Of a stretch of 64,000 bases of DNA, positions 19,703 to 32,053 are shown piece after piece (the stretch's first letter is position 1; the number at the start of each line of letters is the position of its first letter). Location: positions 1 to 64,000 of the forward strand of contig JAZKFH010000053.1 of NCBI GenBank assembly GCA_040386535.1, in the 5' to 3' direction. Source of the DNA: Myxococcota bacterium. Lineage in GTDB: Bacteria; Myxococcota_A; UBA796; SXON01. The translations under genes were made by a program, and so were the position numbers. The notes below the pieces were generated by a model that saw only the letters and a list, made by a program, of their open reading frames with translations, was not told the origin of the DNA and did no database searches.

Positions 19703-21173
19703 TCCAGTCCTCGAAGAACGCGATTCGGCGGGTGTCGACGCTGGCGGGGCGGGCGCGCGGGCGGGCCCACTCGCGCAGCTCCTTGAGGCGATCGTCCATC
19801 GTGACGGCGAGCGGCACGGTCTCCCGGGCGACCCGCACCAGGTCCTCCTGGGCGAGCTCGCGATCGGCGGAGAAGCTGTAGAACATGGCGGAGATCAGGA
19901 GCTGCTCCAGCTCGGCGCCGGACCAGCGGTCGGTCTCCTCGGCGACGGCAAGCAGATCGTATCGTTCGGGGTCACGCTTGCGACGGCGCAGGTGGATGTC
20001 GAGGATCTCGAGGCGCTCGTGCACGTTGGGGAGGTCGACGAAGAAGATCTCGTCGAAGCGGCCCTTTCGCAGGAGCTCGGGCGGCAGGCCGCGCACCTCG
20101 TTGGCGGTGCCGACCACGAACACAGGCTTGGTCTTCTCCTGCATCCATGTCAGGAACGTGCCGAAGACGCGGCTCGTGGCCATGCCGTCGCCCAGAAAGG
20201 CCTTCTCGATCTCGTCGATCCAGAGCACCGCGGGGGCGAGCGACTCGGCGATGCGGATGGTCTCCCGCAGGCCCTCCTCCGCGCGCCCCTCGAACAACGC
20301 GGCGACGTCGAGGCGCAGCAGCGGCACGCGCCAGAGCTCGGCCACGGCCTTGGCGGAGAGCGACTTTCCGCAGCCCTGCACGCCGAGCAGGAACAGGCCC
20401 TTCGGCTCGGGGAGCCCGTAGATACGGGCCTTCTCGGTGAACGCGGCCGCGCGCTGGCGCAGCCAGTCCTTGAGGTTGCCGAGCCCGCCGACGTCGCCCA
20501 TCCCCACGTCGGGGCGCACGAACTCGAGGTGGCGGGACTTGCGCAACAGGCGCGCCTTCTCTTCGAGCAACAGGTCGAGATCGCCGGGGCCGAAGCGCGT
20601 GCCATCGAGCAGCACGCGTGCGTACGCCCGCTTGATCTCCTTCTCGGAGAGGCCGAGCGACGCGGTGACGAAGTGTTCGAAGCGGTCGGCCGGCAGCTCG
20701 ATCTTCTGCGAGAGGGTCAGCAGGCCGAGGAGCCGGGCCACCTCGGCACGGTTGGGGAGCGGGATGTCGAGTACGGCAACGTCCTTCTCCAGCTCGGGCG
20801 GCAGCTGCACGCGGTGGGAGAGGATGAGGATTGCCTGACGACGCGAGGCGACCTCGCGCTGAAGGTCCTTCAGACGGCGGACGACCATGGGATCGTCAAA
20901 ATCGTCGGCGAGGTCCTCGAACAGGAACAACGCGGGGCCGTCGACCTCATTCGCGGCGTCGAACGCGGCGATGGGCGACTGGGTGTCGGGAAAGGCGAGG
21001 CCGCCGGTCGCGACGAGGCCGGTGGTGCGTCGCCACCGCAAGAGCGCCATGTCTTCGGCGGCGGCGAGCCGTTCGAGCCCGCGCTCCACCCGCTCCTCCT
21101 CGTTGGAGACGAGCCAGAGGATCGGGTAGCGCGCGGCGACGAGGTGGGGGATGCGGGAGAGGACCTCGTCCAT
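19695..21173 (-). CDS. AAA ATPase, Ycf46-like
   Basis: [55 protein letters not shown]. Confidence 0.9.
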   Translation of the reverse strand: MDEVLSRIPHLVAARYPILWLVSNEEERVERGLERLAAAEDMALLRWRRTTGLVATGGLAFPDTQSPIAAFDAANEVDGPALFLFEDLADDFDDPMVVRRLKDLQREVASRRQAILILSHRVQLPPELEKDVAVLDIPLPNRAEVARLLGLLTLSQKIELPADRFEHFVTASLGLSEKEIKRAYARVLLDGTRFGPGDLDLLLEEKARLLRKSRHLEFVRPDVGMGDVGGLGNLKDWLRQRAAAFTEKARIYGLPEPKGLFLLGVQGCGKSLSAKAVAELWRVPLLRLDVAALFEGRAEEGLRETIRIAESLAPAVLWIDEIEKAFLGDGMATSRVFGTFLTWMQEKTKPVFVVGTANEVRGLPPELLRKGRFDEIFFVDLPNVHERLEILDIHLRRRKRDPERYDLLAVAEETDRWSGAELEQLLISAMFYSFSADRELAQEDLVRVARETVPLAVTMDDRLKELREWARPRARPASVDTRRIAFFEDWND

Positions 21174-21386
21174 CGGCCTCGTCTATCGCGTCGTCCGGTC
21201 GGCGGAGCCTCGTGGTGGGAGCGGTGCGGCTCGCCAGAACCGCATCCGGGGCCCCCGCCGGTCCCCCCCAGAGGGGGCCCCACCGGCGGACCCGGCTGCA
21301 GGCGAGCCACCCCGCTCCCGTGCGGCGTCTCCGTGCGTCCGGGCACGCGGTCGGAGCCTTCTGAAATGAGCGAGGGAGGGGTGCGC

Positions 21387-22016
<630 letters not shown>

Positions 22017-22127
22017 GGCGTCTCCAGGGGTGGGTCCGGGCCGACGATAGCCTTACCGGACCTGGAAGCGTCTATTTCGCGCGGGACACGGATCGCCGCG
22101 TGCTGGCCGCGGCGCTCGGGGCGGGGC

Positions 22128-22850
<723 letters not shown>

Positions 22851-22907
22851 CGCGTCTCCAGGGTTGATGCGGCCCGACGATAGCCGTCCCGGACCTAGAT
22901 GCGTGGG

Positions 22908-23711
22908 ATGAACACGCTCGTGTCCCTCTCGCCGCTCCTGCTCGCGCTCGGCGGGGGGCTGTTCACCTGGGGGATGACGGCGGTGGGCGCCGCGGCGGTG
23001 TTCTTCGCGCGGGATGTCGATCGCCGCGTGATGGACGCGGCGCTGGGCTTCGCCGCGGGCGTGATGTTGGCGGCGAGCTGCTTCTCGTTGCTGCTGCCGG
23101 CGCTCGCGCTCTCGCGTGACGGCCCGCTCCCGGTGTGGCTGCCCGCGACGGTCGGTTTCCTCGCCGGGGGCGCCTTCCTCTGGGCGCTCGACCGCCTCGT
23201 GCCCCACCTCCACCTGAACCAGCCGGCCACCGGCCCCGAGGGCCCTCGCGTCCGCCTCTCGTCGACCACGCTGCTGTTCTTGGCGCTCACCCTGCACAAC
23301 TTCCCCGAGGGGGTCGCGGTGGGTGTCGCCTTCGGCGCGACGGGCCAGGACGTGGCGTCGCTGGCGGGGGCGGCCACGTTGACGCTGGGCATCGGCGTCC
23401 AGAACCTCCCCGAGGGGCTGGCCCTGGCCCTGCCGTTGCGGCGGGAGGGCCTGTCCGTCGCGCGGGCGTTCCTGCTCGGGCAGGCCTCGGGGATCGTCGA
23501 GCCGGTGGGCGCCGTGCTCGGCGCCGCCGCCGTCACGATCTCCACGGCGCTCCTGCCCTACGCGCTCGGGTTCGCCGCGGGGGCGATGGTGTTCGTCGTC
23601 ATCGAGGAGCTGTTGCCCGAGGCCCAGGCGCACGGCGACACCGACCTCCCCACCCTCGGGGCCATGGTCGGCTTCGCTGGCATGATGGTGCTGGACACGG
23701 CGTTCGTGTAG
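22908..23711 (+). CDS. ZIP family (GufA/ZupT-like) metal transporter
   Basis: GFAAGVMLAAS, PHLH, LHNFPEG, QNLPEG, GFAAGAMVFVVIEELLPE; start 22899 or 22908. Confidence 0.92.
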   Translation: MNTLVSLSPLLLALGGGLFTWGMTAVGAAAVFFARDVDRRVMDAALGFAAGVMLAASCFSLLLPALALSRDGPLPVWLPATVGFLAGGAFLWALDRLVPHLHLNQPATGPEGPRVRLSSTTLLFLALTLHNFPEGVAVGVAFGATGQDVASLAGAATLTLGIGVQNLPEGLALALPLRREGLSVARAFLLGQASGIVEPVGAVLGAAAVTISTALLPYALGFAAGAMVFVVIEELLPEAQAHGDTDLPTLGAMVGFAGMMVLDTAFV

Positions 23712-23740
23712 CCGTGCCCGTGTGCCCGGCGCGCCCGTCG

Positions 23741-25195
23741 TTACGCGCGCCCGCCGCGGGAGAGCCCCAGCGCGGCGGCGACGCCCTCGCCGTAGGCCGG
23801 ATCGGCCTTCGCGCAGTTGCCGACGTGGCGGAGCTTGATCTCCACCGGCGCGTCGCCCAGCGAGCGGGCGGTGTTCTCGAAGAGCACCTGCTGCTGCGCG
23901 GGGGACATGAGGCGGAAGAGCTTGCCCGGCTGCGAGTAGTAGTCGTCGTCCACCCGGTGGTTCCAGTGGTCGGCCGCGCCCTCGATCGAGAGCGGCGGCT
24001 CGGCGAACTGGGACTGCTGCTGCCACTCGCCGTAGCTGTTCGGCTCGTAGCCGAGGGTGCCGCCGTGGTTGCCGTCGACCCGCATCGCGCCGTCGCGGTG
24101 GAAGCTGTGCACCGGGCACTTCGGCGCGTTCACCGGGATCTGGGCGTGGTTGACGCCGAGCCGGTAGCGCTGCGCGTCGCCGTAGGAGAACAGGCGGCCC
24201 TGCAACATCTTGTCGGGCGAGAAGCTGATGCCGGGGACGACGTTCGCCGGGTTGAACGCGGCCTGTTCGACATCGGCGTGGTAGTTCGCCGGGTTGCGGT
24301 TCAGCTCCATCACGCCCACCTCGATGAGGGGGTAGTCGGCATGGAACCACACCTTCGTCAGATCGAAGGGGTTGTACGGGCAGGTCGCCGCCTCGTTCTC
24401 GGGCATCACCTGGACGAACAGGGTCCAGCGCGGGTGGTCGCCCTTCTCGATGCTCTCGAACAGATCGCGCTGGCTGCTCTCCCGATCCTTCCCGACGAGG
24501 TCCCCGGCCTCGGCGTCCGTCAGGTTCTCGATGCCCTGCTGGGTGCGCAGGTGGAACTTGCACCAGAAGCGTTCGTTCGCCGCGTTGAGGAAGCTGAACG
24601 TGTGGCTGCCGAAGCCGTGCATGTGGCGGTAGCTCTTCGGGATGCCACGATCGCTCATCACGACCGTGACCTGGTGGAGCGCCTCGGGCAGCGAGGTCCA
24701 GAAGTCCCAGTTGTTCTTCGCGCTGCGCAGGTTGGTGCGCGGGTCGCGCTTCACCGCGTGGTTCAGGTCGGGGAACTTGAGCGGATCACGCATGAAGAAG
24801 ACGGGCGTGTTGTTCCCGACCAGGTCCCAGTTGCCCTCCTCGGTGTAGAACTTCAGCGCGAAGCCGCGGATGTCGCGCTCGGCGTCCGCCGCGCCCCGCT
24901 CGCCCGCCACCGTGGAGAAGCGCGCGAACATCTCGGTCTTCTTCCCGATCTCGGAGAAGATCTTCGCCTTGGTGTACCGCGTGATGTCGTGAGTGACCGT
25001 GAAGCTGCCGAAGGCCGCCGAGCCCTTGGCGTGCATGCGGCGCTCGGGGATGACCTCGCGATCGAAGTGGGCGAGCTTCTCGAGGAACCAGACGTCCTGC
25101 AGCAGCACGGGGCCGCGGGGGCCCGCGGTCAGCGTGTTCTGGTTGTCGGGGACCGGCGCGCCGCCGGTGGTGGTGAGCGTCTTCTTGTCCGACAT
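23741..25195 (-). CDS. katA: Monofunctional heme catalase (small subunit)
   Basis: [53 protein letters not shown]. Confidence 0.97.
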   Translation of the reverse strand: MSDKKTLTTTGGAPVPDNQNTLTAGPRGPVLLQDVWFLEKLAHFDREVIPERRMHAKGSAAFGSFTVTHDITRYTKAKIFSEIGKKTEMFARFSTVAGERGAADAERDIRGFALKFYTEEGNWDLVGNNTPVFFMRDPLKFPDLNHAVKRDPRTNLRSAKNNWDFWTSLPEALHQVTVVMSDRGIPKSYRHMHGFGSHTFSFLNAANERFWCKFHLRTQQGIENLTDAEAGDLVGKDRESSQRDLFESIEKGDHPRWTLFVQVMPENEAATCPYNPFDLTKVWFHADYPLIEVGVMELNRNPANYHADVEQAAFNPANVVPGISFSPDKMLQGRLFSYGDAQRYRLGVNHAQIPVNAPKCPVHSFHRDGAMRVDGNHGGTLGYEPNSYGEWQQQSQFAEPPLSIEGAADHWNHRVDDDYYSQPGKLFRLMSPAQQQVLFENTARSLGDAPVEIKLRHVGNCAKADPAYGEGVAAALGLSRGGRA

Positions 25196-25327
25196 GATGG
25201 CTTCCCTCGAGGTCAGCCGGAGCGGCCGAACGCTTGGTCGCTAACCCGACGCGGCCCGCTCGCCCCTCGGGGGCCACCTGAGGTCACAAAACCGGCGCCA
25301 TCGTCACAGGAGCGCGGCGCGCCTTGT

Positions 25328-25900
25328 TCAGTCGAGGTCCTCGGGCACGTCCGCGTAGATCGTCGCGAGCGGGAGGGTGACCTCGGCGAGGTCGATGGTG
25401 TCCGAGAGCGCCAGGAAGCGCCGCGTCTCCCAGCCCTGGGCGGTGCGCCGGACGTGTCGGACATCCGGGAGCCTCAGGTCGATGAGCAGCACGTCCCGCA
25501 GGGTGGGGATGGTCTGGTATCGCTCCAACTTCTCGCCGAGGTCGTAGTCACGCGTCGACGGCGAGAGGACCTCGACCAGCAGCGACGGGTTGTGGAGCGT
25601 GCCCGTGCCTTTGTACGTGGTCAGCAGCATCGTCGCGCACACCACGAGGGCGTCGGGGTAGGTGTGCAAACCGTCGGCGGTCGCGACGCGTTGATCGGAG
25701 CCGAGGACGCGGCAACGGCCGGCGAAGCAGGAGTGGAGCGCCACCGTGGTGTTGGCCGTCACGAGGTTGTGCCGCGTCGACGAAGCAGCCATCAACACGA
25801 TCGCCCCGTCGACGTACTCGAACTTCTCCACGTGATCGAGCTCGAACTCGAGGTACTGCTCGAGCGAAAACAGGTGGTGCGGCCGGCGACGGATGGGCAT
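25328..25900 (-). CDS. Uma2 (DUF820) family endonuclease-like protein
   Basis: FEYVDGAIVLMA, YPDALVVC, LVEVLSPSTRDYDLGEK. Confidence 0.9.
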   Translation of the reverse strand: MPIRRRPHHLFSLEQYLEFELDHVEKFEYVDGAIVLMAASSTRHNLVTANTTVALHSCFAGRCRVLGSDQRVATADGLHTYPDALVVCATMLLTTYKGTGTLHNPSLLVEVLSPSTRDYDLGEKLERYQTIPTLRDVLLIDLRLPDVRHVRRTAQGWETRRFLALSDTIDLAEVTLPLATIYADVPEDLD

Positions 25901-25986
25901 CCCCCCCGACGTAGCCGCGCGTCCCGCTAATCGCCCTACCCCCGCCCCGCGTTGCGATGAGGGTCTCCCGGGAATAGTCCACGGCC

Positions 25987-26967
25987 GTGCGGATCGGAAT
26001 CGTCCTCTCGAGCGCGGCGTCGGCGGCGCTCACCCACACCACGATCCAGCTCGCGCACGCGGCCCTCGAACGGGGCCACGTGGTGCGGATCCTGGAGCCT
26101 TGGGACCTCGAGGTCGACCCTCGTGGGCGGCTGCGCGGCCGTGCCCACCTCTTCGACGCGCCGACCACCCGCGAGGCCATGGTCGCCGCGCTCCACGGGC
26201 GCACCGCCGTGCGTCGTAACGTCGAGGTCGACCGGTTCGACGTGCTCCTGCTCCGCACCAACCCCCTCGATCTGGCAGTGATCGGCTTCGCGCAGCTCGC
26301 CCAGTCGGCTGGGGTGCGGGTCTGGAACGACCCCGGGGCGCTGCTCCGCACGTCCCACAAGGCGTGGGTGGCGACGTTGGAGGGCGTGCCGCGCCCGCGC
26401 ACCATCGTCACCCGCTCGCGCGCCACGATCGAGATGTTCGCCAGCGATTGTTCGGCGGGGATCGTCATCAAGCCGGCCCGGTCCTGCGGCGGCAAGGCGG
26501 TCACCGTTATGCGCGGGCGGCGTCGCCCCCGGCTCGATGTCGCGATCGACGCGGCGGCCCGCGCGGGCGATGGGTACGTGGTCGTGCAGGAGTACGTTCC
26601 CGCGGCGGTGTTCGGGGAGAAACGGCTCTTGTGGCTCGACGGAGCGCTCGTCGGCGGGTACCTGCGCCAACGGGCGCCGGGCGAACTTCGTCACAACCTC
26701 AAGGCCGGCGCCGTCCCGATGCCCAGCCCCCTCTCCGATGCCGACCACGCCCTCGCGGCCGCGCTCACCCCGCACCTCGCGCGGGACGGCATCTGGTTCG
26801 CCGGGGTCGACGTGATCGGCGGCCTCGTCATCGAGGTCAACACGCTCAACCCCGGTGGCGTGTACTGGTCCGAACAGTTCGGCCAGCCCGACATCGCGGC
26901 CCGCCTCGTGCAGAGCCTCGAGTACGCGGCGCGGCCCCCCTCCCTCCTGCCCACAAGAGCCTCATGA
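25987..26967 (+). CDS. ATP-grasp ligase, glutathione synthetase-like
   Basis: LLRTNP, WNDPGAL, IKPARSCGG, VQEYVP, GEKRL, RHNL, GVDVIGGLVIEVNTLNPGG; start is GTG. Confidence 0.8.
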   Translation: MRIGIVLSSAASAALTHTTIQLAHAALERGHVVRILEPWDLEVDPRGRLRGRAHLFDAPTTREAMVAALHGRTAVRRNVEVDRFDVLLLRTNPLDLAVIGFAQLAQSAGVRVWNDPGALLRTSHKAWVATLEGVPRPRTIVTRSRATIEMFASDCSAGIVIKPARSCGGKAVTVMRGRRRPRLDVAIDAAARAGDGYVVVQEYVPAAVFGEKRLLWLDGALVGGYLRQRAPGELRHNLKAGAVPMPSPLSDADHALAAALTPHLARDGIWFAGVDVIGGLVIEVNTLNPGGVYWSEQFGQPDIAARLVQSLEYAARPPSLLPTRAS

Positions 26968-27458
26968 CCCGGCGCAAGACCCCCGCTCCCGCCACGACGA
27001 ACGCGTCCGATCCCCTCCTGCTCGACCCCGACAAGGAGGACTTCTCCACCGGCCGCCCGCTCACGCGCAAGCAGGTGCTGGAGATGATCCGCCGCAAGGA
27101 AGGCTTCGAGGAGGCCGATCTGCGCGGCTGCGACCTCGTCGGCATCGCGTTCGACAACGCGAACCTCGCCCGTGCCAAGTTCGCCGAGGCCAACCTCTCC
27201 CGGTGCACGTTCAAGGGCGCCAACCTCGTCGGCGCCAGCTTCTTCGGCGCCAACTTGAAGGACTGCTCGTTGGAGGACGCGAACCTCGAGGACGCCGACT
27301 TCGACTACGCCAACCTCGACGGCGTGACCTTCCGCGGCGCCAAGATCCGCAAGGCGATCTTCCCGATCCGCCGGGTGCCGCTCAAGGACATCCAGGACTC
27401 CGTGCGCACCGGCAAGCGGGTCCAGATGGAGGCGATGCCGCTGGACGAGGAGGACTAG
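26964..27458 (+). CDS. Pentapeptide repeat protein
   Basis: ADLRG/ANLAR/ANLSR/ANLVG/ANLKD/ANLED repeats; ATG overlaps upstream stop. Confidence 0.9.
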   Translation: MTRRKTPAPATTNASDPLLLDPDKEDFSTGRPLTRKQVLEMIRRKEGFEEADLRGCDLVGIAFDNANLARAKFAEANLSRCTFKGANLVGASFFGANLKDCSLEDANLEDADFDYANLDGVTFRGAKIRKAIFPIRRVPLKDIQDSVRTGKRVQMEAMPLDEED

Positions 27459-27721
27459 GTGTCCGCGCCCCCCAGCTGCTCATCACCTCGCCGAGACACG
27501 TGCGCGGACACGTCGGACGCGGAGCGGCCGTGGTGGGGGTGCGCGCGAGCGCAAGGGGGAGGGTCGCCTCCCCCTCCAGAAAAGCCGCTGGGCCGCGAGA
27601 GCGGCCGGGCGCGAAGCGCCGCTTCGAAGTCGCTCGCGCCCTGGCGAGAGACTTCGGGGCAGCGGCAATAGCAGTGCTCGACGCGGAACCATTGCTGCGC
27701 GCGGGTGTCGAAGCCCTCGGC

Positions 27722-28372
27722 ATGATCGGCAGCATGGTCGGCGTCCTCCTCGCTGCGGTGGCCTTCCCCGGCCTCCGCTTGCCCGGTCCTACGGACACGG
27801 AGCTCGTGGAGCGCTTCCGCGCTGGCGATCGTGACGCCTTCCGCGAGATCGTGTTGCGCTACCAGGATCGTGTCCACACCCTCTGCTACCGCTGGCTGGG
27901 GGACGCCCCCACCGCCGAGGAGACCGCGCAGGACGTGTTCCTGGCGCTGTTCCGGTCGCTGGCGACGTTCCGGGGCGAGGCGCGGCTCTCGACGTGGATC
28001 TTCAAGGTCACGCTCAACCACTGCCGCAACCGGCGGCTCCATCGGTCGCGCCGCGGCTGGGGCCGCACCGAGTCGCTCGGCCCCACGGGCAGCGACGATG
28101 TGCCCGAGCGCCAGATCGCCGATGACGGCCCCGCGGCCGACGCCGGCACCACCACGCGGGAGGCCCAGGCCCTCGTCACAGCGGCGCTCGACCGCCTGGA
28201 CGACGACCATCGCCAGATCCTGCTGCTCCGGGACGTCGAGGATCTCTCCTACGACGAGATCGCCGAGATCCTGGAGCTCCCCCGCGGCACCGTGAAGAGC
28301 CGAATCCACCGCGCGCGCGCCGAGCTCCAGGCCGTCCTCGCGCGGAAGATCGGGCCGGAGGACGTGCGCTGA
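27722..28372 (+). CDS. ECF RNA polymerase sigma-70 factor
   Basis: DTELVERFRAGD, AEETAQDVFL, FRGEARLSTWI, LSYDEIAEILELPRGTVKSRIHRAR; start approximate. Confidence 0.92.
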   Translation: MIGSMVGVLLAAVAFPGLRLPGPTDTELVERFRAGDRDAFREIVLRYQDRVHTLCYRWLGDAPTAEETAQDVFLALFRSLATFRGEARLSTWIFKVTLNHCRNRRLHRSRRGWGRTESLGPTGSDDVPERQIADDGPAADAGTTTREAQALVTAALDRLDDDHRQILLLRDVEDLSYDEIAEILELPRGTVKSRIHRARAELQAVLARKIGPEDVR

Positions 28373-29292
28373 TGGACCCCTTCTTCGCCCGCAACCGCCT
28401 CTCCGCCTACCTCGACGGCGAGCTCCCCTCCGGCGAGGCCCGCGAGGTCGAGGACGCCTTGGCCCAGAGCCCCGAGCTCCGCGCCGAGCTCGACAGCCTG
28501 CGCGCCGCCATCGCGCTCCTCCGCCGCGGCGGCCCCATCCCCGCGCCGCGCGACTTCGCCCGCAAGCTCGACGTCCGCATCGCCAAGGAGCCCCTCCGCG
28601 TCGGCTGGCGCCGGCACGTGTACGGCTTCCGCATGGAGGTCGGCATGCTCGCCGCCGCGGCCGCGATCGTGCTGGTGTTCGCGGCGCAGAAGCCCGACGA
28701 GGCCGACGGTGCCGCCGTCCCCGCGCCCGCCGTCGACGTCGCGAGCGTGCCGGGCCTGGACAACGAGGGGCCGTCCATCGCGTCCGCGCCCCCGGACGCC
28801 GACGGCGTGCTCGGCGGCGAGCCCGTCGCGAAGATGCCCGTGGCGGAGAAGAACGTCGAGAAGAAGCCCATGGGCAAGGTGCCGACACCGCCGAAGTCCA
28901 AGGGCAGCAAGTCCAGCTACGAGAAGGAGGCCTTCGTCCCCGCGTGGGAGCAGGGCGACGCCGCGCTCGAGCCCGCGCCCACGGTGCAGTCCGGATCGCC
29001 GTTCAAGTTCCGGCTCAAGGCGCACGGCGACACCGGCCTGCGCGATCTCGCCAGCTTCGCCGCCTCCCGCGGCGGCAAGCTCACCGACGCCCGCGGCAAG
29101 GAGCTCGCGCCCTACCCGATGAACACCGGCGAGCGCCGCACGGTCAAGCTCCTGCTCCCCTCCGGCAACGCGGGTGACGTGGCGGCGCGCCTCTACGAGT
29201 ACGGCGACATCGAGGTCATCAACCTCCCGACCACCACCCTGTACGCCAACGGCGCCACGGTCCCGGTCGAGATCGAGGTCACCGCGCCGTAG
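28372..29292 (+). CDS. Anti-sigma factor (zf-HC2-like N-terminus, one TM)
   Basis: RLSAYLDGEL, single TM, directly downstream of the ECF sigma. Confidence 0.8.
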   Translation: MDPFFARNRLSAYLDGELPSGEAREVEDALAQSPELRAELDSLRAAIALLRRGGPIPAPRDFARKLDVRIAKEPLRVGWRRHVYGFRMEVGMLAAAAAIVLVFAAQKPDEADGAAVPAPAVDVASVPGLDNEGPSIASAPPDADGVLGGEPVAKMPVAEKNVEKKPMGKVPTPPKSKGSKSSYEKEAFVPAWEQGDAALEPAPTVQSGSPFKFRLKAHGDTGLRDLASFAASRGGKLTDARGKELAPYPMNTGERRTVKLLLPSGNAGDVAARLYEYGDIEVINLPTTTLYANGATVPVEIEVTAP

Positions 29293-29625
29293 CAAGTCAT
29301 CCGGGCGCGCCCCTCGCGCGGACGCTCGGGTCAGGCCCCTCTGGGGTTCGCTGCGCTCCGTTGGCACGGGCCCGCTGCCGCGGGCGGTGCCGAACCGCGC
29401 CTCCCTCCGGTCGCCGCGCCCGCCGGGCCCTTCGCGCCCCCGCGTTCCGAGGGGGTCAGGTCCAGCGGGACATCAAATATTCTCCAGTCATACCAGATGG
29501 TTGGTATCAGCGTCCCGCCGCCGCGCGTCACGAATTACGGCGTAGCAAACACGCGCGTGATCCGATGAATTCGCCACGTGGAGCGGTCACCGGTCCATCG
29601 CCGGCCCCCTCCAGCCGAAACCCGC

Positions 29626-30432
29626 CTACTTCGGCGCCGTCGTCGGCCGCTCGCCGAGCTTCGTGCCCGTGGTCGTCAGGTCCTCGGTCTTCACCTTGAT
29701 CGCGGTCGGCCCACCGGCGGACGGGGCCACCGTGACGGTCCAGCTGGTGTTCAGAAAACCGAGCAGCTGGCTCTCCAGCGTCGGCTCGCGGTTGAACATC
29801 GCGGTGCCCTTGCCGGCCTTCTCGAACACCTGGACGCTGTGGGGCCCCGTCGCGACGCTGTCGAGCGCGGTCGCGGAGCGGAGGCCGTACGTGTCGTCCC
29901 GGCTCGCGGCGTAGAACACCGGGCGCGGGCCGTAGCGCCTGGCGGCCTCGCCGGTAGCCAGGCCCTTGTAGTCGAGCCCCGGCGAGAGGAGCGCCACGCT
30001 CGTGATCGTGGGGTCCGCCGCCGCGGCGAGCAGCGCGAGGTTGGCGCCCGCCTCCGCGCCGACCAGGGCCACCTTCTGGGCGCCCCGCTTGCGCAGCTCG
30101 GCCACGCCGGCCGCCACGTCCTCCGTCATCGCGATCCAGTCGGCGCCGGTGAGCGCCGGCGCGGTGCCGGTCGTGATGTTGGCGCCGTGCCCGCGCAGGT
30201 CGATGGTGAGCACGAGGAGGCCCTGGCGGTACAACTTGTCGGCGACGCCGTGCCAGTCCTCCTTGTTGCGCCCGGCCATGTGCACGAACACCACGCCGTT
30301 GACCGCCTTGGCGGGCACGCCGACGTTGGCCTGGAGCACCTTCCCGTCGAGCGTGGTCAGCGCGACCGGGCTGGGGAAGGCCACGCCGGCGGCCAGCGCG
30401 ACGGCCGAGAAGAGGGCGAGAAGAAGGGCCAT
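29626..30432 (-). CDS. Secreted alpha/beta hydrolase-fold protein (catalytic Ser/His appear replaced)
   Basis: Signal peptide; DLRGHG, LLSPGLDY; nucleophile elbow reads GAEAG rather than GxSxG. Confidence 0.75.
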   Translation of the reverse strand: MALLLALFSAVALAAGVAFPSPVALTTLDGKVLQANVGVPAKAVNGVVFVHMAGRNKEDWHGVADKLYRQGLLVLTIDLRGHGANITTGTAPALTGADWIAMTEDVAAGVAELRKRGAQKVALVGAEAGANLALLAAAADPTITSVALLSPGLDYKGLATGEAARRYGPRPVFYAASRDDTYGLRSATALDSVATGPHSVQVFEKAGKGTAMFNREPTLESQLLGFLNTSWTVTVAPSAGGPTAIKVKTEDLTTTGTKLGERPTTAPK

Positions 30433-30454
30433 GACTGCTCCACGGAGGGTCGTT

Positions 30455-30928
30455 CTATCGGGACGCCGCCAGCGCATTGAGCTCCGCCAGCAAGTTTTCG
30501 AGGGGGAGGCCCTCGCCCGCGGCGGCCTCGGCGAGCGTTTCGTCGGCACCCACGGCGCAATCCAGGCAGCGCGGCAAGCCGTGGCGTGCAAACACGCCCG
30601 TGACGCCGGGATGCCGCGCGTGGGCGGCGTGCACGGTCGTGGCCGCGGTGATCGGGGCCCGGTCCAGCCGCGCGACCGCGGCCGCGCTGCTGCGTTCGGC
30701 CAGGAGGAGCGCGCTCCGCACGGCGTCGGCGTCGGCGCGTGCGGCCACCAGGGCCTCGGCGCGCGGGGTGAGGTGCGCGCGGGTGCGGACGGTGAGGAAG
30801 GCGCGCACCCGCGGGGCCAGATCGGCGTGGATCGGCGCGATCCGGGCGCGCACGGCGGCCGCGAGCCGCTCCGGGATCGGCGCGCGTGGAGGCGTGCCCT
30901 GGGTCTGCCCTGCCGTCGATCCCGCCAT
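30455..30928 (-). CDS. DUF1858-like domain protein
   Basis: C-terminal HPGVTGVFARHGLPRCLDC...ETLAEAA...LLAELN. Confidence 0.65.
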   Translation of the reverse strand: MAGSTAGQTQGTPPRAPIPERLAAAVRARIAPIHADLAPRVRAFLTVRTRAHLTPRAEALVAARADADAVRSALLLAERSSAAAVARLDRAPITAATTVHAAHARHPGVTGVFARHGLPRCLDCAVGADETLAEAAAGEGLPLENLLAELNALAASR

Positions 30929-30955
30929 CGTGCAAGTTTACTCCCCCCGGTCGCG

Positions 30956-30984
30956 TTGACGCGACCGCACTGCTGCCTTAGACT
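30956..30984 (+). promoter_or_regulatory. Putative sigma70 promoter for tadA-tRNA-ffs
   Basis: TTGACG-N17-TAGACT. Confidence 0.55.
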
Positions 30985-31075
30985 CGCGGCTCCTCACAAC
31001 GGCGGGTCGCGTGGGGCGCTTCGCCGCGCTTCGGGTGTGGCCTCGCTCGCGTCGTGGGCTCTTTGATGTACGAAT

Positions 31076-31603
31076 ATGGATCCTTCCAATAGCGAAATCC
31101 CACAGCGGGACACTCGCTGGATGCAGCGGGCGCTCGCGCTCGCGGCAACAGCGGCGGCGGTCGGCGAGGTGCCGGTCGGCGCGGTGGTGGTGTGCAAGGA
31201 CAGCACGGGTGCGGAGCAAGAGCTCTCTTTCGGGGTGAACACGCGCGAGCGTGACTCCGATCCCTGCGGTCATGCCGAGGTCAACGCGCTCCGCGCGGCG
31301 GCCGCGGCCCGAGGCCACTGGCGCCTCGACGGTTGCACCCTCTACGTCACGCTCGAACCCTGCGCGATGTGTGCCGGAGCCATCGTGCTCGCGCGCATCG
31401 ACCGCGTGGTCTACGCGGCGGCCGACCCGAAAGGCGGCTTCTGCGGCACCCTGGGTGATCTCTCGGCATGGCCGGGCCTGAACCACCGCTTCGCGGTGAC
31501 AGGCGGCGTGTGTCGGGACGAGGCGGCGGCCCAGCTCCGCGGCTTCTTCGCAGCGCTTCGCCGAGACACTCGGAGCAAGCGAACGGGCGCGCCCCCCACG
31601 TGA
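31076..31603 (+). CDS. tadA: tRNA adenosine(34) deaminase
   Basis: GEVPVGAVVV, HAE, LYVTLEPCAMCAGA, DPKGG. Confidence 0.93.
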   Translation: MDPSNSEIPQRDTRWMQRALALAATAAAVGEVPVGAVVVCKDSTGAEQELSFGVNTRERDSDPCGHAEVNALRAAAAARGHWRLDGCTLYVTLEPCAMCAGAIVLARIDRVVYAAADPKGGFCGTLGDLSAWPGLNHRFAVTGGVCRDEAAAQLRGFFAALRRDTRSKRTGAPPT

Positions 31604-31631
31604 CGGGCGCGGAAGGATTCCAACAGAATGC

Positions 31632-31719
<88 letters not shown>

Positions 31720-31726
31720 CCCTCTA

Positions 31727-31814
31727 GGAGAGGTGACCGAGTGGTCGAAGGTGCACGACTGGAAATCGTGTGTATCGAAAGGTACCGCGGGTTCGAACCC
31801 CGCCCTCTCCGCCA
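31727..31814 (+). tRNA. tRNA-Ser(GGA)
   Basis: Anticodon arm CACGA-CTGGAAA-TCGTG, long variable arm, GTTCGAAC, ends GCCA. Confidence 0.95.
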
Positions 31815-31840
31815 TTTCCCCGTGTCGTGCGGTTCTCGCG

Positions 31841-31963
31841 CGTGCGCGGCGGTGATGGTCGGGTCCCCATGATTGGGCTGCGTGAACCCCGCCAGGACCG
31901 AAAGGTAGCAACGGTGTCGTCGTCCCGAGGCATGGGGGTGCCCGGCCATCACCCCCGCGCACG
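31841..31963 (+). ncRNA. ffs: Signal recognition particle RNA (4.5S)
   Basis: Domain IV signature GTGAACCCCGCCAGGACCGAAAGGTAGCAACGG inside a long closing stem; canonical position upstream of dnaX. Confidence 0.88.
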
Positions 31964-32053
31964 TTCGTGTGTCCGTCGCACGCGCCGTGCCGCGCCGCCC
32001 CTCTCCGGGGCCCCGCCCGACGGCCCCCCGCCCGCATCCGAGGAGGATCGCCC

